Numbered from the stretch's first letter, positions 38,535 to 49,250 are shown. The stretch: 64,000 nt of DNA from Deltaproteobacteria bacterium (GCA_025055295.1 JANWWW010000001.1:1513-65512); one strand, 5' to 3'. The notes: generated from the sequence alone by a model not told the origin. A program made the numbers and translations.

Positions 38535-40382
38535 ATGCGCATATTACTTGAAGCCTTAACACTTCTTTTTTTTATTGTGATTTACTTTTTTATTAAAAAA
38601 GCTTTCGACATCAACATTTTAAACGAGTTAATTGACTCAGCAAACCTTGATGCGGGCATTTTTGTCAACCAAATACGCTTTGTTAGAGACCTAAGTTTTA
38701 ATTTTCCTACGTGGGTTACTGCACCCGTTGGTTATCCATTGCAGTACACTTTTTTGTTTACTGATAATTTTATCTTACCGGGGACTTTATACTCGTTTTT
38801 TTTGGTTCTTGGTTTGCCCGAAGCTCTTTCAATTAACCTTACTAAGGCTTTTTTTAATGGTCTAAGCGGATACCTTGCCTATCTTTACCTTCGGCGGTCA
38901 ACAAAAAACGCATTTTTACTGGCCTCAATTTACCAAAATTGCCTTTTTATTTTTACTCAAAAGTATCAGGTTCAACTTCAGATGCATTTTCTGTTCCCAC
39001 TTTTTTTATTGGCATTACGCACCGAAAGAGAAGACCAAAACCTGATACGGGCTAGTTGGGTTGTAATGATATCTTACTTTTGCTCTGTATACTACTTCGT
39101 GTTTTTACTTGTCCTGCTTTCCATCTATTGCGCTTCCAGGATCGGGCGGATTATTTCTTTCACGAAATTAACTCTTTTTAAAATCTTAGCTCCACTGCTG
39201 TGTCTTTTACCGTTTCTCGTACCCCAAGCCATAATTTCCATCCAACTGCCAAGAAACTTGCTAGAGTTGGATCTTTACAGTTTCAGCCCTACGTATTACT
39301 TCCCTCTCGTGCCGAGCCCCCAATATGTTTACCGCGGGTTCCTAGGTTACGGCTTCACTATCATTCTCATTTTGGCGTTAATGAACGTCATCGGGCGCTT
39401 AGGGGCGTTGGCACTAATAAGTTGCTTGCTTTTAAGCGCGTGTTGGCCGTCACTAAAAGCCTTAGCAACATGGTTAATTCCATTTTTTTTCTTATTTGCG
39501 AAGGAAAACAAAGCTCTAATCTTAGGCGCCCTAACACTAATAAGTTTATCCTTTGGGCTCTTGAGCAATTCGGATGCTCTACTTGATTACGCTATAAAAA
39601 TCATCCCCCCTCTAACCGGTATCAGAGTCCCTGTCAGGTACTTTGTTGTGGGCTCAATGATACTTTTCTTGCTTGGCGCGCGGAAATTATCGGGAAAATC
39701 TGTTTTGGTCTGGCTAGCTTCCTTGCTTGCAATATTAGAGGCGTATAAACATGACACGGCAACAGGACCTATACCAAAAGCAATTGACCACCCGTCAGGA
39801 GTTGATAAAATCGCTGTGGTAGCTTTTCCAAAAATTACCCACGGTGACCGGTTGGATTTTATGGGCTACACACGCGCCAACCAAAAGCATATCCTAAGAC
39901 TGTACAACAAAAAAATTCTTCTATATCAGATTAACAGCGGTTTTGGTTCTTACAAAGTCAGAACCTTTATGAAAGAAGCTGACAATTTTCCATCCCTATC
40001 ATCTCTTCAATTCCTGAAATCCGTTGGGATCGAATACGTGTACACAACGAAACCTTTTCAGTCTAAATATCTGAAGTTGTACGAGCGGAGAGAAAAATAT
40101 TTCATTTACAGGCTGAAAGCCGTTCCATTTACGGGAAAATTTTCAGTGTTCATCCCATCATACATGAAGAAGTTTGCCATTATATGGTCGTCGGATCAGA
40201 AATGCGTGGCAAAAATTTCTTTTCCAGGATACAGTGAGTACGTTAACATAAATTCAACAACCAAAGTAAATTGGTTTACGACTCCGTTTTGGAAACGCTT
40301 CGACGTAAACCCGCTCGAAGCAATTATTGATTCATCACAATGTAAAACGGTTTACATAACAAAAATAATCTCAAAAAATTAA
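38535..40382 (+). CDS. Polytopic membrane protein, GT-C/YfhO-like
   Basis: Many TM helices; P.GYP...T..FTD, IRVP.R, NSGF, G..Y patterns. Confidence 0.7.
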   Translation: MRILLEALTLLFFIVIYFFIKKAFDINILNELIDSANLDAGIFVNQIRFVRDLSFNFPTWVTAPVGYPLQYTFLFTDNFILPGTLYSFFLVLGLPEALSINLTKAFFNGLSGYLAYLYLRRSTKNAFLLASIYQNCLFIFTQKYQVQLQMHFLFPLFLLALRTEREDQNLIRASWVVMISYFCSVYYFVFLLVLLSIYCASRIGRIISFTKLTLFKILAPLLCLLPFLVPQAIISIQLPRNLLELDLYSFSPTYYFPLVPSPQYVYRGFLGYGFTIILILALMNVIGRLGALALISCLLLSACWPSLKALATWLIPFFFLFAKENKALILGALTLISLSFGLLSNSDALLDYAIKIIPPLTGIRVPVRYFVVGSMILFLLGARKLSGKSVLVWLASLLAILEAYKHDTATGPIPKAIDHPSGVDKIAVVAFPKITHGDRLDFMGYTRANQKHILRLYNKKILLYQINSGFGSYKVRTFMKEADNFPSLSSLQFLKSVGIEYVYTTKPFQSKYLKLYERREKYFIYRLKAVPFTGKFSVFIPSYMKKFAIIWSSDQKCVAKISFPGYSEYVNINSTTKVNWFTTPFWKRFDVNPLEAIIDSSQCKTVYITKIISKN

Positions 40383-41315
40383 AGCACCTTGATGCCTCGA
40401 AAGACGTTTTTTAGCATTGAGTCATCAGCAGTTTTATTCGTAAAAGATGACATTTGATTTGTCGTTTTCAAATCATAAAATCTCACCTATGCAATGCCGT
40501 AACATAAGAAAGCGTTGTGCGTCGATCTTTTCTACGATATACCACCAAAATTTTATTACTTAGGGGTATTACAAAAGCTGAAGAGTTTGTTGAAAAATTT
40601 AGCTCCACGACAAAGTTCAAAAAATTTAACGGCTTATCATAGAAGTGTGGTTTTTGCCAAATTCACACAACAAGAAATTTTAAAGTCAGGATTTATATAA
40701 TTCTTCCTGTGTTTTAGTTTTATTTCACTAAACTTTAGATCATTTGCCCCGACAAATAAGCAATTTTGAGCGATAAACCAAGCACGAGGTTGTTCCTCAG
40801 GCCGGTTTTGAAAAATAAAACACCTTCCCGGTATACGCTAACGCCTGAAATTAACGTTAGATTTTGGACAAGAGTTATGTTTCAAACGTCGTAGCCCAAG
40901 CGAGTACCACAAACATTCTGTAAAACTGTCTCTGTTCGCCCCGCTGTCTCCGATAAAAATTTTCGACTTAATGTTGTTTTGTTTGCGGAGATAAGTTGGA
41001 TAATCATGTTTAACTGTCTTCACAAATTCGAAGAATCAAATCTAACTTTTGGGGGTTGTATTTTTTGATTGCGATGGTAATTAAAAGTATTGCTCTAAAA
41101 CTGGCACGTCCTAGTTTTTAAATATCACTACTTTTCCGCTGATTTTTACCCATTTTTCGACAACACCCTTTAACGTTTTACAAACAGGGCATCTTTTTAC
41201 TTTTGCCAACATTTGCGCAAAAAAAATTTTTAAAAGCTAACAAAGTTTATTTATCGACCGCTATTCTATAAATTGGTTTTCCAAGGCAGAAAAGACCTCT
41301 ATGTGACAGGTAAAA

Positions 41316-41897
41316 TCAGTACTTCACCGAGCACCCGTAGGCTTTTGTTTCAAAAGGTTTGAAGTCAGGTAGATACGAGCCATCAACCACCTTTTTAATG
41401 TAATTTTCTGCGATCTCAATGTCGCCAGGTTTTGTAGACGGTATGCTGTCAATCGCTCCCTTATAAATAAGTATTCCTTCTTTGAAAATGAAAATGTGAG
41501 GTGTTGTTTTGGCTCCAAATGCCCTGCCGAGTAAACCGTTTGAATCTTTAACAAAAAAATCTCCGTTCCAGTTTTTCTCCTTGAGGGTTTTTTCTATTTC
41601 GTTATCTTCAAGGTACCCTTCCCTTCCTTTTCTGCTAGAGTTAACCGTTACCCATGTCACTTTACCTTTATAGGATTGTTGGTACCGTTGCATGTTGCCA
41701 GAGCCATAATGTTTTTGAACATAAGGGCAAGAGAAATTCGTCCATTCAAAAACTGTTAAACTGCCAAGGGTTACAGGGTTCCCTCTCCAGTCATTCAGGC
41801 TTACATTCAAAGAACTAAAGCTGTCCCCAAGTTTTAATTCAGAAACCAAGTTGAAAAAAAAACACCCCAAGGAACACAAAACAAATTTCTTCAGCAT
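41316..41897 (-). CDS. Exported redoxin (AhpC/TSA, thioredoxin fold)
   Basis: EWTN..CPYV.KHY, GAKTTPH, Y.GAID, YGCSVKY. Confidence 0.9.
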   Translation of the reverse strand: MLKKFVLCSLGCFFFNLVSELKLGDSFSSLNVSLNDWRGNPVTLGSLTVFEWTNFSCPYVQKHYGSGNMQRYQQSYKGKVTWVTVNSSRKGREGYLEDNEIEKTLKEKNWNGDFFVKDSNGLLGRAFGAKTTPHIFIFKEGILIYKGAIDSIPSTKPGDIEIAENYIKKVVDGSYLPDFKPFETKAYGCSVKY

Positions 41898-41930
41898 ACT
41901 CTGGTTATCAATAGCAAAAATACAACTATT

Positions 41931-42656
41931 TTACCAGTAACTTTCTGTAATTATGTTCTTTCCCACTGAAAAGCCATGAGGTATCAACAAGTTACACACA
42001 TCGTCTACCATTTGAGGATTTCCGCAAACAAAAGCTATTGTTTTATCTGATGAAAAATTAAAATCTCTAAAAAAATCAGTTACCCTCCCCTCACGCAAAG
42101 TCGGCTCAGTAACTTTTTCTCTTGACACATAAGGCATGTACGTGAAGTTGGTATTAGAATGACAAATTTCACTGAAAAATGAGAAATAGTGTAGCTCCGA
42201 CTTTTTCCTAGCGCCTTGCAACAATAGTATCTTATGATTATTTAGCGCGACTAAGGCGTTAACCATTGGTTTGAACGGGCCAACACCAGAACCAGTGGCA
42301 ACAAATATAATATTTTCTTGATCGCCAACGCGATCTAGCGTCATTTTGCCCTTCGGAATATCTTTGTAGTAGACACTCATTCCAACTTCCAATCCCGCAA
42401 GCTGCTTGCTTACCAAACCACTCTCGACAACAGTAATTAAAAACTCCCAAAAATCATCTTCTGGCAAAGAGCAAATAGAGTACGCTCGAGTCTCGTTCGC
42501 ATTTCTTTCAGACAACGAAAGAGCTGTATATTGACCGGGCTTAAAAGGAGGCATACTCTTTTGCTCAGGATCAACGATTCTCAATATTAATCCAGTGTCG
42601 CCAGATGGGATTTTTTCTTTGACTAATCCTTTTTTCATCCTGAAGTTTTGCCTCAT
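41931..42656 (-). CDS. fpr: Ferredoxin/flavodoxin-NADP+ reductase
   Basis: FKPGQY, RAYSICS, G.VS, ATGSGVGPF, CGNPQM, E.YW C-terminus. Confidence 0.9.
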   Translation of the reverse strand: MRQNFRMKKGLVKEKIPSGDTGLILRIVDPEQKSMPPFKPGQYTALSLSERNANETRAYSICSLPEDDFWEFLITVVESGLVSKQLAGLEVGMSVYYKDIPKGKMTLDRVGDQENIIFVATGSGVGPFKPMVNALVALNNHKILLLQGARKKSELHYFSFFSEICHSNTNFTYMPYVSREKVTEPTLREGRVTDFFRDFNFSSDKTIAFVCGNPQMVDDVCNLLIPHGFSVGKNIITESYW

Positions 42657-42666
42657 AATTGTATAG

Positions 42667-43128
42667 GTGGAAATTACTTTGTATCAACCTCTTATTCCCC
42701 AAAATGTAGGAGCCATTGCGAGAACATGCGCGGCCACGGGAACATTGCTAAATCTTATAAAACCTTTTCCGTTCGAACTTACAGAAAAACGCGTTAAAAG
42801 AGCCGGACTCGATTACTGGCATCTTGTAAGAGTATCAGTTTGGGAAAGCTGGACTGAGTATTGGAACAGAAAAAAAAATTTCAGGCATTGGTTGATCGAA
42901 ACGCCCGGTAATAGAAATTTTTTCTCTGAAAAATTCGATTTAAACGACATCTTTATTTTCGGCAATGAAACCCAAGGCGTAGACAGTTTTGTCAGAGATT
43001 TATTGAAGGATTGTTTGTATATTCCGGTTGTGCCAGAAACTGTTAGAAGCCTCAATCTGAGCAATTGTGTGGCTATTGTAGTTTACGAATGTCTCAGACA
43101 AAACCAGTTTAGGGGCATTTCCATATAG
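42667..43128 (+). CDS. trmL: tRNA (cytidine/uridine-2'-O)-methyltransferase TrmL
   Basis: PLIPQNVG.I.RTC, KRAGLDYW, FG.ET.G, RSLNLSN. Confidence 0.95.
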   Translation: MEITLYQPLIPQNVGAIARTCAATGTLLNLIKPFPFELTEKRVKRAGLDYWHLVRVSVWESWTEYWNRKKNFRHWLIETPGNRNFFSEKFDLNDIFIFGNETQGVDSFVRDLLKDCLYIPVVPETVRSLNLSNCVAIVVYECLRQNQFRGISI

Positions 43129-43589
43129 GTAGTTGTGCCAGACACATTTCAATTCGTCAACGATCATTAAAACATGAACAAACTTGTGAATCTATCAATG
43201 TGGTAAAGATTTCTAGAGTTGCTCAATAGATCTTGATTTACAAGAAACCGGTTTCCACGCTGCATCATATGCTAGGACTCAAACGTAAACATGGTAGCAT
43301 TGCCGTTTACGACTAAAAAGTTAAATATCATTGAATATTTCAGTCTTAAAACCAAGCTGTAAAAAATTTAACGTTTTATTAGGAGGTTATTTTTAGCTTT
43401 TTGCCAAGTTGTTTGGGCTCACTGGTTTTTTTTAACAAGCCCGTACTGTGTTAGGTCGTATATTTGAAGACCTTCATTTTTAATTAATTTACGTTAATGC
43501 GGTTTGGCAGACACTAATCCAAAAGCTTTTTAACTGCTTTTATCCGAAAAGATAAAAAAAGGTCAAAAGATGAAATTATTTTTATACTC

Positions 43590-43913
43590 CTACTCGCACC
43601 CGGCTTTTAAAGGTAGTATGCTCTTTGGCAATTTCTTTAACAGTCTGCGATTTAACTTCGATTCATCTTCACTTATTCCCAATTTTTCAAGAAAAGCCTG
43701 CCGATTTATGCCTAAATGTTTGCAAATGAACCTAAACGAAAATGGCCAATCCTCCTCTTTACTCAGAAAATAATCAATCGCTAGTCGTTTTTCTCTGCCT
43801 TTAAGTTGAAGGTCATAAAGCGCGTTGAGCAAAATCCCTAACATCAGGTCAGATTGTGACCTGAAAATATCACTAAGTGTCACATCTTCTAACCAATAAC
43901 GATCAACCCTCAT
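43590..43913 (-). CDS. Small helical hypothetical protein, paralog of 17590-17931
   Basis: LM.GIL..AL.D...A..YF.S....WPFSF..IC..LGI. Confidence 0.75.
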   Translation of the reverse strand: MRVDRYWLEDVTLSDIFRSQSDLMLGILLNALYDLQLKGREKRLAIDYFLSKEEDWPFSFRFICKHLGINRQAFLEKLGISEDESKLNRRLLKKLPKSILPLKAGCE

Positions 43914-44021
43914 CTAAATATTATGATGCGTTCTCTTATCTTATATCGACAACTTTTGTATTTTGCTTCAGTTTCAGAAAATTTTTTTTCAGGGTTTGTG
44001 ATATCGTAAAATAAAAGTCAG

Positions 44022-46538
44022 ATGAAGGTTAGCGAGATTTTTGGCGTAAATTCTTGGCTTTACAATGAACGCATAGTGAAAAATGTTGAGCAAACCTTGT
44101 CATGTAACGACGAGTTGCCTCACATTTCTTTGAACGGCCGAGGCTCAGCGGCAACACTTTCAGCTCACGATCAGTCAGCTTTGCTACTCGGGGCATTCAA
44201 AACGTGGATTGTCGATCATTCTTATCTTCTTGCCAACCTGTGCCCTCTTCAGTCAGCAACAAAATATTTTCAAAAAAAAACATCTGAGGAGTTAGTGGAA
44301 GATTTTCTCGCAGAAGTTGACATAAACGTTAGTGCCATGAATACCGATCTTTACCGCAAGCTTCTGTTGGAAACAGATATTTTCAAAAAACCATTTGCGG
44401 TAAAACTCACAGGCTTGAATCATGATGAAAGAAGGTTCATCGTTAATAGTCTCTACGGAGACGCCCCGGACAACAAGAAATACGAAGAAGTCTTCTTTGA
44501 GGCAAGTCTTAAAGCTTGTTTGCTTGAAGAGGCCCTCCACAAAAGGTTTGTCGGAGCAAAGAGGTTTTCGATAGAAGGACTGGAGACGTTTATTGGATCA
44601 ATATGCGTATTGAAGCATTTGGCGGCAGATCGAAATATAGAGAATATCGTTCTTGCGATGGCTCATAGAGGCCGTCTGCCAGCATTAGTAATATGGGGAA
44701 ACCTTGACATTGGATCTTTACAAGCTGGATTTAACGGATCAATTGATCCAGACGGATTAACGGGCGACGTGAAATACCACTGGGGTTACAGTTCGATTGA
44801 AGCATTAAATGGTCGTGAATTAAAATTAGACATACTTCCAAATCCAAGTCATTTAGAGTCCGTAAATCCTTTGCTATTTGGGTATTTAAGAGGAAGAGCC
44901 CAAAACAATGTAAAAGCACTAGGAATTCTAGCTCACGGGAACGCAGCGCTTTGCGGACAGGGAGTTAACCAGGAACTTCTTAATTTCGCCGGCATAAAAG
45001 GCTTTGAAACGCCACCAGTAATTCATTTTGTTTTAGACAATTTGTTAGGGTTCACCGCAACGCCGGTTGAGGAAAAAACATCTTTATTTTCGAGTGACAT
45101 ATTCAGCGCATTTGGCGTTCCGATCATCTTTGTCAACGCAACTAACCTTGATGCGGTTTTAAAAGTAGTAAATATAGCGTTTGAATATTGTCAAAACTTC
45201 AATAAAAGCTGCGCGATCCACCTTTTTGGTTACAGACGCTACGGACACAACGAAGGAGATGATCCTACTGTGACACAACCGCTTATGTACGAGGAAATTA
45301 AAAACCTAAAAAGTCCTGTTTATTACCATAGTAAAAAATTGAATTTAAAGGTAAAGCTCGATGAAGCGTTATCTTTAGGCCACGATGCAGCAGGACAGAA
45401 AAAGCAACCACGCTTAGCTCCGCCGAGATCATCGCCAAATGAGCATATTTTAAACAGCCAACTTTTGTCTGAAATTGCAGATTTTTTAGAAAAACAACTG
45501 CAAGACGTCAATCTCCACCCAAAGGTGAACGAATTATTTCAAAAAAGGCTTGATAATTTAAGGAAAGGCGGTGACATTGATTGGGGCCTAGGAGAGTTTA
45601 TCGCTTTTGCTGCAATAATGAAGGGAGGGAAGAATATAAGGCTCGTAGGAGAGGACTCTAAACGCGGAACTTTTTCACACAGACATTTGGCCGTTTGGGA
45701 TACAAAGACAGAAGCTGATAAGGTTTTGCTGGATGGATTTGCGGGACGCAAGTGCGAAGCGCTCAATTCTGCATTAAGCGAATACGGAGTACTCGGTTTT
45801 GAAGCGGGAGTCTCTTTGGGAGATCCAAAAGTCTTTTGTTTATGGGAGGCTCAGTTTGGTGATTTTGTAAACGGAGCTCAAATTATCATTGATCAATACT
45901 TTAGCTCTTCATGGGAAAAATGGGGTATCAGTTTCCCAATAACGCTTCTGTTGCCGCATGGTCAGGAGGGAGCAGGGCCGGAGCACTCTAGCGCCAGAAT
46001 AGAAAGGTTCTTACAATTGTCAGCCAACAACAACTGGACCCTGATCCAACCGACAACTGTTGAAAACTACATAACAGCCCTTTTAAGGCAGGCTTCATCA
46101 GAAAAGCCGTGCATAATATTTACGCCCAAAAGTCTTTTAAGACAAAAAAACACTTTTTTTGCTGGAGATGGGATTGAGAAGGCGAGTTTTCACCCATATT
46201 ACTATGTTAAGCGAGGTGGCGAAAGCCTTGTCATCTGTTCAGGCAAAGCAAGATTTGTCGTTGAGAGCAAGTCAAAAGCTGATATACTTGTGCTGGAACA
46301 GCTCTTCCCGATTGATTTGGAGCAAATCAGGCAGATAACGGAAGGATACCGATCAACTTACATTTTTCAGGAAGAGCCTCGAAATCAGGGAATAGCGATG
46401 TGGCTTCTTACTTCATTAAGCGAAAAACCGATACACATTATTTCTCCGGCCTCAATTGCAGCCAGCGCAGTCGGTTTAGAGACCTTGTTCCGAAGTCAGC
46501 AAGAAGAAATAATTCAACAACTAAGTAGCATAAATTAG
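44022..46538 (+). CDS. sucA: 2-oxoglutarate dehydrogenase E1 component
   Basis: KRFSIEG, MAHRGRL, GDVKYH, NPSHLE, YRRYGHNEGDDP, RGTFSHRH, WEAQFGDF.NGAQ, GPEHSSAR.ERFLQ, TPKSLLR. Confidence 0.95.
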   Translation: MKVSEIFGVNSWLYNERIVKNVEQTLSCNDELPHISLNGRGSAATLSAHDQSALLLGAFKTWIVDHSYLLANLCPLQSATKYFQKKTSEELVEDFLAEVDINVSAMNTDLYRKLLLETDIFKKPFAVKLTGLNHDERRFIVNSLYGDAPDNKKYEEVFFEASLKACLLEEALHKRFVGAKRFSIEGLETFIGSICVLKHLAADRNIENIVLAMAHRGRLPALVIWGNLDIGSLQAGFNGSIDPDGLTGDVKYHWGYSSIEALNGRELKLDILPNPSHLESVNPLLFGYLRGRAQNNVKALGILAHGNAALCGQGVNQELLNFAGIKGFETPPVIHFVLDNLLGFTATPVEEKTSLFSSDIFSAFGVPIIFVNATNLDAVLKVVNIAFEYCQNFNKSCAIHLFGYRRYGHNEGDDPTVTQPLMYEEIKNLKSPVYYHSKKLNLKVKLDEALSLGHDAAGQKKQPRLAPPRSSPNEHILNSQLLSEIADFLEKQLQDVNLHPKVNELFQKRLDNLRKGGDIDWGLGEFIAFAAIMKGGKNIRLVGEDSKRGTFSHRHLAVWDTKTEADKVLLDGFAGRKCEALNSALSEYGVLGFEAGVSLGDPKVFCLWEAQFGDFVNGAQIIIDQYFSSSWEKWGISFPITLLLPHGQEGAGPEHSSARIERFLQLSANNNWTLIQPTTVENYITALLRQASSEKPCIIFTPKSLLRQKNTFFAGDGIEKASFHPYYYVKRGGESLVICSGKARFVVESKSKADILVLEQLFPIDLEQIRQITEGYRSTYIFQEEPRNQGIAMWLLTSLSEKPIHIISPASIAASAVGLETLFRSQQEEIIQQLSSIN

Positions 46539-46901
46539 TTTCCATTACGCTTCAGAGCACGCACTGCCTAGGCATTTCAAGTCTTTTATTGAATGTTTTG
46601 TAACATGTGTTTTCGCGATCATTTGAGAGCCCACTTTTTCCTCTGTTTAATCATCTATTCTTTAAATTCCCATAAATGGTAACCATGGGGCGGTTTACCA
46701 TTGTTTTTAAAGTGGGAGGTATTGAGGTTTTTTGGGGCTCAAGCTTCATTCTGTGATCACCTTTTATGAGACTGGGTAGTAAGTGGTTTCAGGGTAACGC
46801 CATGCTATATACAACTTTGCGACTAAAAGCTCGCTTCAGCTTGCTTTTTAACTTCATATCAAACAACCAGTTGAGGTAGACTTGTTAATGGTCAATTATC
46901 C

Positions 46902-47969
46902 GTGAGCGGGTTCAATCAACAAGTTATTTTCAATTATCATTTCAAAAACAAAAGATTTGCGAGAAACAGCGTGGCAATTGTAAAGGAACAACAATCGGTA
47001 ACTCCAATGTCGGTTGTCTTGGAATCGACAAGCAACCCTGACTACATAGAACTCTCTGTATCCAAGCACTATCAGCTTTCTAAACGCCAATTTGTCAGCG
47101 GGTTGAGGGTAGAAGAGAATGACAACATATCCAAAGATCAACTTCTGTTTCATCTCAAGGGCTTCTTAGGTGTGGGCTCAATCCAACTCAAATCTCCAGT
47201 GGATGGCAAGATTTTTGTTTTATCAGCAGACGACCAAAAAATTATACTGGAACATCGCTCGCCGCCTAGGCAAATCTTTTCTTTTTATCAAGGGATAGTG
47301 GTAGGAGTTGGCGAAAACTTTGTAGAGATTGAGGGCAAGGGTCATTATTTGCAGGGCGTTTACGGGGTGGGTGGAGAGGTTTATGGAATTATGAAAAATT
47401 TGAAGCTGTACAACTCAACCCTCTTATGTGAGGACGTAACCGTTGAGTTTTGCGGATACATTTTAGTAGGTGTTAAAACTGTTGAAAAAGGAGTTTTAAC
47501 CCGACTTAGAGAGATCGGGGCAAAAGGTATAATCGTGGCTTATCTTAGTCCCGAGAATTTGTCAGAGTTAGGTGTCGATGTTTCAGCAAACGTTTCGATT
47601 GATTTAAACGGATTTGCCGTTATTTTAACAGAAAGATTTTCTGAGAGTTCTTTTCAGAAACGGGTCATAGATTTTTTCGAAGCCTTTGACGGTTGCCAAG
47701 TCTCTGTATCCGCTTTCACTCAAATACGGGCAGGATCGACAAGACCTGAAATTTATGTTTGGGGGCCAGACAAGGCTTGTTGTAGTAAACCTGCTTTTAG
47801 GGTAGTTGCAGATCCATACTGGAACGAAATATTTGAAGAAATGGAATTGTTGTCAAACGAAACCGTTTTCCCTTCAGGGATCAAGGCTTCGTCGTGTATC
47901 CTTAAAAAGAATGGTCAAAAAAAGACTATACCGGGTGTAAATATCGAAAAGATTACCATTTTTTCATAA
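46902..47969 (+). CDS. Hypothetical protein with barrel-sandwich (lipoyl-like) domain
   Basis: 355 aa; SPVDGKI, LQGVYGVGGE..G, GAKGII, TQIRAG..RPEI. Confidence 0.7.
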   Translation: MSGFNQQVIFNYHFKNKRFARNSVAIVKEQQSVTPMSVVLESTSNPDYIELSVSKHYQLSKRQFVSGLRVEENDNISKDQLLFHLKGFLGVGSIQLKSPVDGKIFVLSADDQKIILEHRSPPRQIFSFYQGIVVGVGENFVEIEGKGHYLQGVYGVGGEVYGIMKNLKLYNSTLLCEDVTVEFCGYILVGVKTVEKGVLTRLREIGAKGIIVAYLSPENLSELGVDVSANVSIDLNGFAVILTERFSESSFQKRVIDFFEAFDGCQVSVSAFTQIRAGSTRPEIYVWGPDKACCSKPAFRVVADPYWNEIFEEMELLSNETVFPSGIKASSCILKKNGQKKTIPGVNIEKITIFS

Positions 47970-48471
47970 CAATGATTTCCTCGTATCTTGGGCCTTTTTG
48001 ACCCAGAACACTGTTATAAAGCGCTATTTTAGTCGGTTTAATTTGTATGGGCATATTAACTTTGTATTCAAGATCAACACAAGGAGCTATTCGCAAAAAA
48101 GTTATGTGAGGGATGAACTCGGCATTTATTTTTTTTGCCCACCCAACTATTTGACTGTAGTCACCGTCAAACCAATAGATTGCCTCAGTACGTTTTTTAA
48201 AAAGTGAAACAGATTTTACTTCAAACATTAACTCGTCTGGCATAGACTGGATAACAGCTTGATAATTACGTAAAAAACCCGCAAGGCTGTCACCATCGAT
48301 ATTGCCCAAAAACTTTACGGTCAGGTGAATGTTTTTTGGTTGAACCCGTTTTATTTTGAAATGTTTATCACTCAATATTTTTTTGTTTTGGATTATAAAG
48401 TCTTCTGCTGTTGCGTATAATTTTTGCTTATCATCGTCACTAAAATCGAATGCAACAAAGTAACGCGCCAC
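47953..48471 (-). CDS. thpR: RNA 2',3'-cyclic phosphodiesterase (2H family)
   Basis: R.FVA start, HLT.KFLG, F.PHIT.R, S.L...GP.Y. Confidence 0.88.
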   Translation of the reverse strand: MARYFVAFDFSDDDKQKLYATAEDFIIQNKKILSDKHFKIKRVQPKNIHLTVKFLGNIDGDSLAGFLRNYQAVIQSMPDELMFEVKSVSLFKKRTEAIYWFDGDYSQIVGWAKKINAEFIPHITFLRIAPCVDLEYKVNMPIQIKPTKIALYNSVLGQKGPRYEEIIVMKKW

Positions 48472-49088
48472 AACGCTGTATAAAAATCTTATATCAAGAT
48501 AAATACATAATAGTAGCTTACAAGCCTAGGCCCCTGGATTTTCACACTGACAGATTAAATTTTATTCACCTTATAAATGAAAAATTGGGTTTCAGGGTAT
48601 ATCCAGTCCATCGTCTTGACAAAGATGTAGATGGTGTAGTGATTTTTGGAAAAACTCCTTATACTTCAAATGTTCTTGTTTGTCAGTTCAAGGATAAAAG
48701 AATTGAAAAGTTTTATCTGGCAGTCGTCAAAGGTAATTTGGAAAAAAAGATGCTAATTAAGAAACCGATCAAAATTAAAGGTAAGTGCTTAAGAGCTGAA
48801 ACATTTGTTTGGCCTATCGAAACCGTTAATAATCAAACTCTTGTAAAAATTATAACCGAAAGTGGCAGGTTTCATCAGATAAAGACACACCTTTATCAAG
48901 CGGGTTATCCAATTATAAGAGACAGAAATGGCTGCTTGTTGTCAGCCGTAATGATATCTTTTATTCATCCTCGATCAAAAAAAAGATTACTTGTGTCTTG
49001 TATAAAAAATTCGCGTACCTTTCGCTACTGGATTGATTACACGGGAACGACACCACGCATTAACAGACGAAGCCTACTATCAGGTTGA
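48450..49088 (+). CDS. RluA-family pseudouridine synthase (start uncertain)
   Basis: ILYQD...KP, VHRLD, K.Y.AVV.G, SGRFHQI..H...G.PI. Confidence 0.88.
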   Translation: MQQSNAPQRCIKILYQDKYIIVAYKPRPLDFHTDRLNFIHLINEKLGFRVYPVHRLDKDVDGVVIFGKTPYTSNVLVCQFKDKRIEKFYLAVVKGNLEKKMLIKKPIKIKGKCLRAETFVWPIETVNNQTLVKIITESGRFHQIKTHLYQAGYPIIRDRNGCLLSAVMISFIHPRSKKRLLVSCIKNSRTFRYWIDYTGTTPRINRRSLLSG

Positions 49089-49113
49089 GAAAGCCGCACC
49101 ACGCTGTTAAAAT
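49085..49113 (+). promoter_or_regulatory. Sigma-70 promoter of tRNA-Val
   Basis: TTGAGA-17 bp-TAAAAT with extended TG, ending 11 nt before the tRNA. Confidence 0.65.
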
Positions 49114-49124
49114 TTAATGTCGCA

Positions 49125-49198
49125 GGGTGTTTAGCTCAGTTGGTTAGAGCGCCAGCCTTACAAGCTGGAGGTCGTAGGTTCGAATCCTGCAACACCCA
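49125..49198 (+). tRNA. tRNA-Val(TAC), CCA not encoded
   Basis: Acceptor GGGTGTT/AACACCC, D-arm GCTC/GAGC, anticodon stem CCAGC/GCTGG with loop CTTACAA, T-loop TTCGAAT. Confidence 0.97.
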
Positions 49199-49250
49199 AA
49201 GAAAGTGTAATTTCGGCAAATAATAATGAACAAGCTTTGAGAACTACCAA

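Noticed and set aside
41101..41120. CTGGCACG as a sigma-54 -24 box
   Set aside because: No TTGC -12 element at the right spacing and no downstream gene on that strand.
40383..41315. ORFs 40515-40700 and 40838-41023 as genes
   Set aside because: They are about 60 aa, motif-free and lie in an apparently decayed AT-rich spacer.
46675..46708. Hairpin AATGGTAACC/GGTTTACCATT after sucA as a terminator
   Set aside because: The stem is AT-rich and bulged and lies about 135 bp from the stop; too weak to call.
38190..49198. Genomic island integrated at tRNA-Pro or tRNA-Val
   Set aside because: No integrase and no duplicated tRNA 3' end were found; the enclosed genes are housekeeping.
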